Notes under the pieces: model-generated
Told to the model about the DNA's origin: nothing
The model's input: only the letters and a program-made list of their open reading frames with translations
Database searches by the model: none
Program-made: the position numbers and the translations under genes
From: Sporopachydermia quercuum
Lineage: Eukaryota
Reading direction: 5' to 3'
DNA length: 64,000 nucleotides
Assembly: GCA_001599295.1 (NCBI GenBank)
Contig: BCGN01000007.1
Coordinates: 1,043,791-1,107,790, forward strand
Part shown: positions 24,801 to 34,060 of the stretch, in pieces
How the letters are laid out: every line of letters starts with the position of its first letter
How positions within the stretch are numbered: position 1 is the stretch's first letter

Positions 24801-25126
24801 TTTTCCGCATTATTTCTTGTTGCAAGATTTGCCCTTCTGACTTGCTTGTAGGAGGAATCCGACGCTGATGATGTTGACGTTGATGTTGATGTTGATGTCG
24901 GTGTCAATGTCGATGATGGAGGAGATGCAATTGATGAGTATGCGTTTGCTTGAGAGATCGATGAGGACTGAGAGATTAATACTCCGAGAGAAACAAAAGT
25001 TTTATTAAAACTGCGAGAGTGAAATCTTCGTTGTCGTTGTAGTTGCAATTTACATCCTGCGCAAATAGTTTCGTTTTTCGATAGCCTTGAAACACTTCTG
25101 GACAGTATTGGTATAGGTGCTTTCAT
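21899..25126 (-). CDS. Mitochondrial helical-repeat (PPR-like) protein, probably an Atp22-type translational activator
   Basis: Intact 1075-aa ORF. Arg/Ser-rich N-terminus resembling a presequence (ICAGCKLQLQRQRRFHSRSF). The C-terminal helical repeats (WDGVYAHERAIREFKKYV; PNDELWHRYIHLLG...NWWSRIGYEPNTKVMSGLLYYLP) resemble my recollection of yeast Atp22 C-termini. Coding status is strong, the identity is tentative. Confidence 0.6.
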   Translation of the reverse strand: MKAPIPILSRSVSRLSKNETICAGCKLQLQRQRRFHSRSFNKTFVSLGVLISQSSSISQANAYSSIASPPSSTLTPTSTSTSTSTSSASDSSYKQVRRANLATRNNAENLLDGGKLSKQRHDRQIRSLRENVSLASDLLGLVSHHSQHNVRKVDQDERHSEKYYSSFIHPRRLIMQRKLLGNYTKEPTGMIVRRVNYILSTAIRLFLLHLNKAVINAKSTENTKLSPIEKSSIISLGNFLLLLLEENELLDDWRLDSQKALDEIILHDIEPDSQSKIESQLMEILXLYTDKLSTRKPQKLDEMFNTLENDDIMETNANHQSGNKFEAALVKFSIHKDVRNLLKDLRLHPSIRKLKFNQDDPISPTSRELLAIIQVYYSGCLFLLEKKFGYTAEDVRQCQEVHLTKSVQEALKSLFHLDVNSPLYPQLSRMEEIGRLPKPPAIIPLLKRTTRTKLDVVLQIELYEYYLRSPSCNEDSMLWSPDQMLGIFHVLIRSCKYNWKEGLIRLTRTFVKYLPPNILDTGIRNSLLWRLVDYTYSYSPKNAELILQSQCLLLTDMVNPLADYVKRFPKSENSYQDFILASETINDLKESAQRALLEDGLEFTDAGNDSYSSSSGMVTHDGDSNEGSSRAVTQSVSLNVEGLIALGISLSQAELSSEAQALIDIAWDRVILQEEKGKPEFTEDPTSDIALXSLGSSPSPVPPFLLEVLNDELLNNNKYLHSMQLRLLYYQVLSATNAPTLTQDFQNIINGKENYLHYYKDHRIWALFIHRMDTLGCLNEQIAKDLWQLVLNYKVTIDSLLAKVIFSKITDTSTLQSMMKDYLLSRQEAYDQRGRFTEAKPINLIVLDAYIRALSSHSNSSMTREIFASLSMETKTSYIVGSMMLFEASHGDSQNVWKLYKQYFLNTHKTPDANVLAGLLKGALSAPRKDKPKGLKNYEIDEINDIDEVRRKTIVYQEPYIWDGVYAHERAIREFKKYVATGNKKIDKDRRIMPNDELWHRYIHLLGVLNLRHELLNAPNWWSRIGYEPNTKVMSGLLYYLPNSVREAIFKERYDNNIFRPDKLDVLNYAKKYAC

Positions 25127-26665
25127 ACTGATTGTGTCTAATTGTCGCGGGAATGGTAGATTTCTTTATATTTCTTTCATTTTGTTCATTTGAGCTAACT
25201 ATTCAAATATTCTATTCTCAATTGGTGTCCTATGCTTCATTACATATAAATCCTTAATGAAAGCCGACTGGTCAGATGTATGTTAGGTGATACCCTATAC
25301 TAAACTAATACATAGGTATTTATTATCTTTACTAACAGTTTCCTCAGATCGGTATGAATTGGCAGAAAACTGTTATAATGTAAGTGCCAACTTTATTGTT
25401 CTTTTATCTCTTGCTTAATATAATATCATATTTAAATCATTATAAATATCATTCAATACAGTGCTCCTAATCTACAGGCATTTGGTATCTCCATTCAGTA
25501 AGAATTTTTTGTATATAACTGTCACATTACAAAAGCACTGATAGGAAAAGATATCTTAAAGCACCCACACACCGAGCACTGAAAGAATATATTGCAAAAT
25601 GAGATGTGATGTTATATTGACCAACAGCAAGTTATGCTACTTCCTATTTAGGCAATAATGGTATTGATAAGAACTAGGNATGTTGAGTTGATAAAGAAAG
25701 CATGTTTATACAGTTTTCTGTATGGAAGGTAGAATCAGAGATATGATGAAAATCTGGAGTTTTATGGCGTGTGGTCTAATTGTGAAGTGGAGAAGGTGCC
25801 TTGGTTGAAATAGGACAGCTTGCTAGTAGGTGAAGGGAGGATAAGCCGTGGGAAGTTGAGATATATGAGTGGTTTCCTTATCCTGAAGGACTTATCAATG
25901 ATACGGGTTGCAGAAACAGCACCATGGAGTTAGGAAAGGTTTTATCTTATTTTTCATGAACAACTATTTTCCGACACGATTGNAGTTCAGCTCCTTTTTG
26001 ACTCACTTCTCCCGGACCGTCTTTCATTATGAGGATGATACAATGACATCATCATTTAACATCTCTATAAATCGTTTATCTACCGGACCCCCCCATAAAT
26101 ATACGCAGGTTGTACCCTTTGCATACTCCTTTTTGTTTCAAGAACGAAGATACCGCCATACAAAAATAAAACTAGGCATCCCTATGAACATCAATGGCCG
26201 CTCATCAAACATTTTTCCATTTGCTAGTAAGCGGAAAACAGGTAACCAGAAGATAAGGCAGACGGCGAGCAAATCTCGGGCAGAAACAGCTATTTAACAG
26301 GAACTGAGAAGCACAATCACTGCTACCAAGCGTACCCATTGGCTATTGGGTGATTCTCTTGCTCTTATTCACAGTTCTCTCCTATTCACCCTGCTTGCTG
26401 GCAAGCTTCAATACAGCTTAACCTCTAATTAATAGCTATTTCAAGAGGAAATTATCCAAGAAGAAATAATAGATACTTATCACAAAATAAAAAAGGACAA
26501 CCGAAATCGCTGATAACTNTGCAACCAGCGAGTAATCAGGGGTCCAGCTTAATGACACTGTTCTTTTCATTCATTGCACCTACATTGACTTTCTTGACGA
26601 CTGATTTCGACATTTACTAGAACCGAGTACTCAACATTGACCAAGCTCTGAATTTTGGCAATCAA

Positions 26666-29359
26666 ATGTCGTTTCCTNTTTCAAATGCCTCCGCCGGTGA
26701 TGGCTCTTCTCTGTTTCATTCTGGTTCCATCCCTAATTCAGGTAAACAGCAAGGCTCCTCAGTGCCCTTAGTAAGAAACACTAGCATAGGTTCAGTTCTT
26801 TCGAACAGCTTTCAAAATGCATCATCTTCAGAAACATCCAAAGCGCAGGTTCTTCCTAACGGGAAAAGAAGAATTTGGGTGAAGAAAGCAAACGGAACAC
26901 CAACATGTTTGTACGTTTCATCTCATGATTTGATTGATGATTTGAAACTATTGATTGTTGAAAAATACCCAACGACATTAGCAAGAACATGTGATCCTGC
27001 AGATCTGAATATATATCTTTCGGTTCCCGAATCGCATTTATCTTCAACTGCAGTTAGAGCTTCTCCATCGTCTATGACGCCTTCTCATCTATCTGAACTG
27101 CTCCATAGCCAACTATCAGGTCAGGGCAACTCCTATCAACAAGTTTCCAGCCCCTCCTCACTTACTAGTACGAACTTAAACTCAAATTCAAATGCTTCAA
27201 ACTTTAGTTTACCGTCAATGGTGCCTTCACTCAGCGCTACTAGCTACCCAATACCTTCTAATCCTCTATCGCGAGTCTCGCGAATGGCACATAATAATCC
27301 TTACTTGCCAGGGATTGCAGACTCATTGGAAAGATCGGTATCGCCAAAATTGAGTCTGAACCAAAATGAAAATCGACGGGAAAGGGAGCGTTCCTCTGGT
27401 AACAGTATCTCTACCATTGCTGGAGAAGGATTTTATCCACCGCAAGGTAAAGCACAATCAATAAGTTCAGCACAAGACCAAGGGGCTTCTGGAACATCAA
27501 GTGACTCTGTTGGAAGTCTCCAACAGCAAACAGGGGCATCTGCGCAGAGCTTTGGTGATAGTGTTAGTGATAGTAGAATGATGCTTTTAATGCCGGATCA
27601 AGTTATATGGTCTTTGTTGGATATTTATTTTCCTGGGAAGACCATGACAATGGCTGACAGTTTTATTATCGATGGTCCTAAGGGGAGCCCCAGGGTTAAA
27701 ACGTATAGTGGTACACCTACACCTGCCCCTAGTAATACTTACCATATCACCAACAATAACACCTTCAATCCCGGTGAGAACAACAGTGAAAGAACGGGTA
27801 CAAGAGATAGCCACCCAGTGAATTTCCGGAAGTCTTTTGGAAAGTCTTTTGGGACCAAAACTGAAGTAGGGCTTACCAAAGTTTTTCCTTCTGCTTATCG
27901 AGGAGGTGAAACTTTCAATAGTGATACCACAGACAGAAGAGAAGACTCAGACCCATTAGAACCACCATTTTCTACAACAAAACATCAATACGATCACTTG
28001 GATAGTATAAACGATATTCAAGAAATTGATATTAACCATAGCGACATCGACAAACCTCCGGAACCTAGTAAACCAACAACGTTCCTAATGATTCCTAAAG
28101 ACTATGGTCTTCCTGCAGAAGAGACTAGCAAGGAGTCAAACACGAACGATTCCAGTTATAAACCAAGTTCAAGTCATGATCTCAATACAGAAGACACTTA
28201 CCAACAGTCACCCCAACAACACCAACACCAGCATCAACAGTATGAAAACAATATTGCTGTCAGTACGCCAGGATTCTCGTCAAGTAGGAGAGGATCGGCC
28301 CAGTTGAGCCGACCTCCGCGTATAGACATAGCAAAAAGCCAAGAAGTTATACAGCAGGAACACAAGACTACAGCAGCCAATAACGCAAGAATCAGATCGT
28401 TGAACCAAGAGGAAAGACAAGCAAGAAGAAGGAAGCGATTAGAAATAGCCCGGAATAGAACCCGGCAAACAGGATCTGGAGACTTAACACAGGAAAAATC
28501 ACCGGATCGTTCATTGTTACAAGAGGGTCTCAACTCCGGCAAATCGGAACGGATGCTTTCACCTGCCTCAAGCCTACATAATAGTGCAATGAAATCCACT
28601 GAGTCTATGATTTTCTCTTCTCCTACAAGACAAACAGGAAGCACTTTGCTTGGTGNAGAACCAATCGCCGCTTGGAGTATTAGGAAACCAAACGAAAAGG
28701 AAAAAGAAGAAGTGCTAGAGCACAAAGCTCTGTACAACTCTAGTAGCACCGTTAACCCAGATGCAAAAGTATTGATTGTCGAAGATAACCCTATCAACGT
28801 TAAACTTACAGTCAAGAAACTCAAAGCTTGTAATGTGAAATACGGTATAGCAAATAATGGTAGAGAGGCTATCAGCAAATGGAAACAAGGCCATTATCAA
28901 CTAATCCTTATGGATATTCAACTACCTATTATGTCAGGAATTGAGGCTACAAAGGAAATTAGAAGATTAGAAAGAATTAACAAGATAGGCGTTTATTCCT
29001 TCCCAAAGGCAGAAGAAGGTTTATCAGAAGAGAATGCANTGAAAAATGTGGATGTGAAAGAAGAAGATAGACTAGATCCTAAAGTATTCAAATCATCGGT
29101 TATTATTGTTGCGCTAACGGCTTCGTCTTTACTATCTGATCGTGAAGAAGCATTAGCAGCAGGTTGTAATGATTATTTACTGAAACCGGTAAATTACGAT
29201 TGGTTGTATAATAAAATACTTGAATGGGGCTGTATGCAGGCACTTATTTATTTTGATCAATGGGTTGAAAACAATGTTAAACCCATTGCTGAGGGAGAAC
29301 ATGATGATAGTTTAATCATGAGTCCTGTTAGACCATTGAGAGAGAGTGCACTAGTATAG
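26666..29359 (+). CDS. SSK1: HOG-pathway response regulator
   Basis: N-terminal RRIWVKK..GTPT..DLIDDLK..KYPTTLARTCDPADL domain and a C-terminal receiver domain (VLIVEDNPIN, LILMDIQLPIMSGIEATKEIRRLE, IIVALTASSLLSDREEALAAGCNDYLLKPV, ILEWGCMQALI). Confidence 0.93.
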   Translation: MSFPXSNASAGDGSSLFHSGSIPNSGKQQGSSVPLVRNTSIGSVLSNSFQNASSSETSKAQVLPNGKRRIWVKKANGTPTCLYVSSHDLIDDLKLLIVEKYPTTLARTCDPADLNIYLSVPESHLSSTAVRASPSSMTPSHLSELLHSQLSGQGNSYQQVSSPSSLTSTNLNSNSNASNFSLPSMVPSLSATSYPIPSNPLSRVSRMAHNNPYLPGIADSLERSVSPKLSLNQNENRRERERSSGNSISTIAGEGFYPPQGKAQSISSAQDQGASGTSSDSVGSLQQQTGASAQSFGDSVSDSRMMLLMPDQVIWSLLDIYFPGKTMTMADSFIIDGPKGSPRVKTYSGTPTPAPSNTYHITNNNTFNPGENNSERTGTRDSHPVNFRKSFGKSFGTKTEVGLTKVFPSAYRGGETFNSDTTDRREDSDPLEPPFSTTKHQYDHLDSINDIQEIDINHSDIDKPPEPSKPTTFLMIPKDYGLPAEETSKESNTNDSSYKPSSSHDLNTEDTYQQSPQQHQHQHQQYENNIAVSTPGFSSSRRGSAQLSRPPRIDIAKSQEVIQQEHKTTAANNARIRSLNQEERQARRRKRLEIARNRTRQTGSGDLTQEKSPDRSLLQEGLNSGKSERMLSPASSLHNSAMKSTESMIFSSPTRQTGSTLLGXEPIAAWSIRKPNEKEKEEVLEHKALYNSSSTVNPDAKVLIVEDNPINVKLTVKKLKACNVKYGIANNGREAISKWKQGHYQLILMDIQLPIMSGIEATKEIRRLERINKIGVYSFPKAEEGLSEENAXKNVDVKEEDRLDPKVFKSSVIIVALTASSLLSDREEALAAGCNDYLLKPVNYDWLYNKILEWGCMQALIYFDQWVENNVKPIAEGEHDDSLIMSPVRPLRESALV

Positions 29360-29877
29360 GAATATAGAATGGGTAAATGTTTGTTTCCCCTAAGGATTCA
29401 AGTTGAAATAACAATTCAAATTTAGATTATTTAGGTAGAATAGATAAATTAAAGTACTGTTAGTGCTCCAGGGTGCTAGTATTCTTTCGGATATCGATTA
29501 AATACCATGAATAGTNGTATATTGATTATGCTAGGAGCAACTGCCTAAAAAAGAATTACGGAATAGTTACATGTGAATATACATTTATGTACCTACATAT
29601 TATCCTCTATTGGTAATTACCACCTAACAGAATCTCATCGTTTCTCATTTATTTTCAATTCCATTATCCTTGACAACTATGTCTTAAGAAATGATCTATT
29701 ATTATAAGAGAGTTGCTATTGACTTTCCCAACTATTTAATATTTGCAACACCTTACCAAATATATACCTTTACCATTTTCCTCATATAAATCTTTCCTCT
29801 CTGCTATATGCTTCCCATAGCATATACTACTTCCTTGCCTCTCAACATGATCTACATTCCCTAACAAGATTACAATA

Positions 29878-32800
29878 ATGAGTAATGAGAATAAAAGGAA
29901 AAGAAAAACCAAGGCCACTACTAATATTAATATTATTGACGAACATGACAGCAGCTCTTTTCCAATAACCTCTAAATCAATTACTACTAAATCCACCAAG
30001 CAGAAAAGAAAATCACCTTCTTTCTCCTCTTCCTCTTCATCTCCATCTCCATCCCCATCTGTTACTATAGAAAGATCACAATGGCCTCTCGAATTCAGGA
30101 AACTTCGCATGTTGTTGTCTCTGCTCAACAGAATTTACACATTTTTAAGCTCAAAGAAGCATGTCATCACGACTTTTGATGTCCTGAAAGCTGCTGTTGA
30201 TAAAAATATAAAAACGCCAGAAAACTACCTAACCGTTAACGATGTTGCTAAACTCAAGTTATTGCTTCCTGGCGAAGTTCTATTTGAATACATGGATGAG
30301 AATCAAGTTTGTGTGCATGAAATGATGTACGTTTCCTCAAAGGGTTTTCTACAAAATGTTTTGAATGATCAATTTATTCTAAAAGATGCTTCAAACGAAA
30401 AAGAGGACGACTCTTCTATAACCCACACTTCTGCTAGTAAACAACTGTTGATGTTTCAACTTTTGGATGGAGATCCTTCAAAGGAGAAAAAACAGAAGAA
30501 ATCTCAGCCTGCCTATTACACTGAAATGAAAATGCCAAAGTTTTCAGAAGCTTCTATTATTAAGCTAATTGCCAAAAGAGATAGCAAAATAGACACAGCC
30601 ATTCAAAGGTTTATCAACAGTAACCGTGAAACCAATCATAACAGCTATTTGTATGAACATCTTACAACAGAAGCAGACAAACTGATTCCTGTTATGCCAA
30701 AGCTTTTAGACCCTGTTGAGGAAATGCTGAGCCAGTCCAACAATTCAGTTTCTACCAATTCTAAGACTACGCCTATTGATATGCTCCAGTTAATCCAATC
30801 TTTTAAAGACTCAGATTTCTATGAAAACCAAATTTCCGGCAACGGATATAAACAGTTTCCTAACCGAGCTGCACAATTCTCATCTCTGGACTTCCCATTG
30901 AACCCTGAAGTATCAAATGCTGTTCATACCATCAAACATATCTCCAGTTTATACGCACATCAGGCTCAAGCAATTAACGCTATCCATAATAAAAACCATG
31001 TAATTGTCTCAACATCAACATCCTCGGGCAAATCTCTAATCTATCAAATTCCTGTACTAGAAATGCTCATACAGAACTCCCAGTCCACAGCTTTGTTTAT
31101 CTTCCCCACGAAGGCACTGGCCCAGGACCAGAAGCGATCGTTACAGGAGCTCCTGTTGGCGATTCCGACGCTTTCCACTTTCATTGCAGAAACTTTTGAT
31201 GGCGATACTCCAACAGAATTCCGCCAAGATATCAGAGCGAAAGCTAGTGTGATCTTCACCAACCCTGATATGCTCCATTGCACTATTCTTCCGGATCATG
31301 CCCACTGGTGCAGCTTTCTTCGTTCGCTGAAATACGTCGTGCTTGATGAACTTCATATGTATCATGGAATATTCGGTTCAAACGTAGCTCTGGTTATGCG
31401 TAGATTACGCCGGATTTGCTGGTTATTGGGAAACGACACTGTCCAGTTCATTTCATGCTCAGCGACGATTAAGAATCCTGCTAGGCAAATGCAAGACCTG
31501 TTTGGACTGTCTTCAGTAGTGCACATTGCTCAGGATGGTTCCCCGTGCGGGAAGAAGCATTTGGTTGTATGGGAGCCACCATACGTAGTTGCAAATGACC
31601 CGTCCTCCGGAAGGAAGAATTTCATAGCTGAAGCAGCTTTGGTGATGGTTCAGCTTGTGCGAAAAAACGTGCGCACGATAGCGTTCTGTAAAGTACGCCG
31701 GGTGTGCGAATTGCTCATGAAGGAAGTCAGAACGATACTGAAGGAATTGGGGGTCCCAGAAATGGCCTCTTGGATCATGTCCTATCGTGGGGGCTATTCT
31801 ATCATTGATAGAAGGCATATCGAGCAGCAAATGTTTCATGGAGGTTTGAAGGGCATTGTTGCAACTACATCATTAGAATTAGGTATAGATATTGGCTCTT
31901 TAGATGCTGTATTGATAGTAGGCTTCCCTAGAACTCAAGCAAGCTTCATTCAGCAAAGCGGAAGAGCAGGAAGAAGAAATCACGACTCCCTCACGGTTTA
32001 CGTACCATCGGATGATCCTGTAGATAGGCATTATATCCATCACCCCGAACAGCTTACAGAGACGCCAGTGCAAGAGCCAATGTTAGTTTTCGATAATTTG
32101 CTTATTACCGAAGGACATATTCAATGTGCAGCTTATGAATGTCCAATAGATTTAGAACTGGATAAAGAGTTTTTCCCATCGAAAATACTAGAGAAAGTAG
32201 CATATACAAAGTTGATTTCCGGTGATAATAACGACAGCAGCAGCAATAGGAAGCATTTGTTCTTTCCTAGTAATAAATTCTTACCTTTTCCCGCTAAGAA
32301 TGTTTCATTACGTGCTATTGAAGAAGAAGCTTTTGCTGTTGTAGATATCTCCAACGGTCGCAACCTTGTGATAGAAACCGTAGAAGCATCAAGAACAAGT
32401 TTCACTCTTTATGAAGGGGGAATCTTTCTTCACCAGGGGTATCCTTATTTAGTAAAAGAGTTCAATTTCGACAAAAGATATGCCAAGGTGTATCGGGTTG
32501 ATGTTGATTGGATCACAAGGCAAAGAGACTATACTGATGTTGATCCTCTGAAAACAGAGCTGTCAAGGGTATTAGATAAAAAGGTCATTGACAGGAAGAT
32601 CAGAAGGAAGAAGCAAGAAGACAATGAAATAATGAGTGAAGACAATAGCAATGAACGTTATGGCAATGCGGCTAATAATGCTGCTAGTTGCGCAACTAAT
32701 GATGCAGCTAGCAATAATAATGGAAATATTGATTCAATTAATGGTATCAATACCAATCATATTGACAGTGTTAGTGATATTGATATTAATGCTGGAAAAC

Positions 32801-33783
32801 ATAATGAGGATATCGTTTCTAGTTATTCTAATGGTATTATTAGCAACACTTCTTCTGTTAAGAATAGCACAGCTCATGACGAGATTCGCAGTATTAATAT
32901 TGGTAATACTAACGCTGCTGATGATTCTGTTGTTGACCCATCTCTTTTTGATGATTCTGCCCTTAATTGTGATTACGCTAAGACCGAAGACTCAGATGAT
33001 GTTAAAATTGCTTTTACTATTGATAGAAAGGTTGATGATAATGATATAATTAACATTAGCACTGAGGATGAAAANAATGAGGACATTACTACTAATACTA
33101 CTACTACTACTACTTCCAAACATCCTATTCATATCCTATTGGGATTAATTCAAGTAACAATAGTAGTGTTTGGGTTCTTCAAAATCAACAAATCAAATAA
33201 AATTATAGACGCAGTTGAAGTCGACAATCCTCCTATCATTCTCACCAGAAAAGGTTTCTGGATAAATATTCCTTTGAAAGCTTTAGAACTAATAAAAGAA
33301 AAAAAGCTGAACCCAGCAGGGGGAATTCATGCTGCTCAACATATCATTATGGGAATGCTTCCTTTGTATATTTCAGCAGAGTCTGATGGTCTGCATACTG
33401 AATGTAAAGCTCCTGAGAAGGAATTTGCTTCTAGACAGACTCAGAGAATAAGGCCAGCAAGATTGATTTTCTATGATGCTATACGCAATCCAGAAGGATC
33501 AGGAATCAGTTCCAAAGCATATGAATACTTTGAAATGCTTTTAATCGAGGCAATTGAAAGGATTGATAGTTGTGAATGTCGTAACGGATGTCCCGAGTGT
33601 GTAGCTATGGCATGGTGTAAAGAGAATAACCTGGTGCTTAGTAAAGGAGCAGCAAAGATCATATTATATGGAATAGCAGGAAGATTAGATCAATTGGATC
33701 TAAAAAGAATTCCTGAAGGAAAAGAAGAAGATATGCCTGAAGGGAAAGTTGAGACAATTATGCCTGTAGTTGGAATTATCTGA
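29878..33783 (+). CDS. HRQ1: RecQ4-like DEAH helicase with C-terminal Zn-binding (DUF1998/MrfA-type) domain
   Basis: LYAHQAQAI, STSTSSGKSLIYQ, VVLDELHMY, ISCSATI, SYRGGY, ATTSLELGIDIG, QQSGRAGRR, ECKAPEKEF, RPARLIFYDA, CECRNGCPEC. Confidence 0.95.
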   Translation: MSNENKRKRKTKATTNINIIDEHDSSSFPITSKSITTKSTKQKRKSPSFSSSSSSPSPSPSVTIERSQWPLEFRKLRMLLSLLNRIYTFLSSKKHVITTFDVLKAAVDKNIKTPENYLTVNDVAKLKLLLPGEVLFEYMDENQVCVHEMMYVSSKGFLQNVLNDQFILKDASNEKEDDSSITHTSASKQLLMFQLLDGDPSKEKKQKKSQPAYYTEMKMPKFSEASIIKLIAKRDSKIDTAIQRFINSNRETNHNSYLYEHLTTEADKLIPVMPKLLDPVEEMLSQSNNSVSTNSKTTPIDMLQLIQSFKDSDFYENQISGNGYKQFPNRAAQFSSLDFPLNPEVSNAVHTIKHISSLYAHQAQAINAIHNKNHVIVSTSTSSGKSLIYQIPVLEMLIQNSQSTALFIFPTKALAQDQKRSLQELLLAIPTLSTFIAETFDGDTPTEFRQDIRAKASVIFTNPDMLHCTILPDHAHWCSFLRSLKYVVLDELHMYHGIFGSNVALVMRRLRRICWLLGNDTVQFISCSATIKNPARQMQDLFGLSSVVHIAQDGSPCGKKHLVVWEPPYVVANDPSSGRKNFIAEAALVMVQLVRKNVRTIAFCKVRRVCELLMKEVRTILKELGVPEMASWIMSYRGGYSIIDRRHIEQQMFHGGLKGIVATTSLELGIDIGSLDAVLIVGFPRTQASFIQQSGRAGRRNHDSLTVYVPSDDPVDRHYIHHPEQLTETPVQEPMLVFDNLLITEGHIQCAAYECPIDLELDKEFFPSKILEKVAYTKLISGDNNDSSSNRKHLFFPSNKFLPFPAKNVSLRAIEEEAFAVVDISNGRNLVIETVEASRTSFTLYEGGIFLHQGYPYLVKEFNFDKRYAKVYRVDVDWITRQRDYTDVDPLKTELSRVLDKKVIDRKIRRKKQEDNEIMSEDNSNERYGNAANNAASCATNDAASNNNGNIDSINGINTNHIDSVSDIDINAGKHNEDIVSSYSNGIISNTSSVKNSTAHDEIRSINIGNTNAADDSVVDPSLFDDSALNCDYAKTEDSDDVKIAFTIDRKVDDNDIINISTEDEXNEDITTNTTTTTTSKHPIHILLGLIQVTIVVFGFFKINKSNKIIDAVEVDNPPIILTRKGFWINIPLKALELIKEKKLNPAGGIHAAQHIIMGMLPLYISAESDGLHTECKAPEKEFASRQTQRIRPARLIFYDAIRNPEGSGISSKAYEYFEMLLIEAIERIDSCECRNGCPECVAMAWCKENNLVLSKGAAKIILYGIAGRLDQLDLKRIPEGKEEDMPEGKVETIMPVVGII

Positions 33784-34060
33784 GATATTACGGAAACAAT
33801 AGAAAGGAAAACGGAGTTTATATACCGACTAACGGAAACTATGCATTAAATATCGGAACTTATATGACAAATGAGGGGAAGATATACAAGCATCAATTCA
33901 TCGTACTAAACGTATTTTATCAAGTCAAAACTAAAATAGTCCTCTCTATTTCTGTAGTTCAAACATCAATCGCTACTTTCCAGATAATCATATCAATAAC
34001 TCATACTATAGTTACCTAATTGTATCAATCATCTTAAACATTTTAGTTACCACTTTCAGA

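Noticed and set aside
32578..33126. Intein or unspliced intron in HRQ1
   Set aside because: No intein splicing motifs or homing-endonuclease signature, and no canonical donor/branch/acceptor set. It is simple low-complexity sequence.
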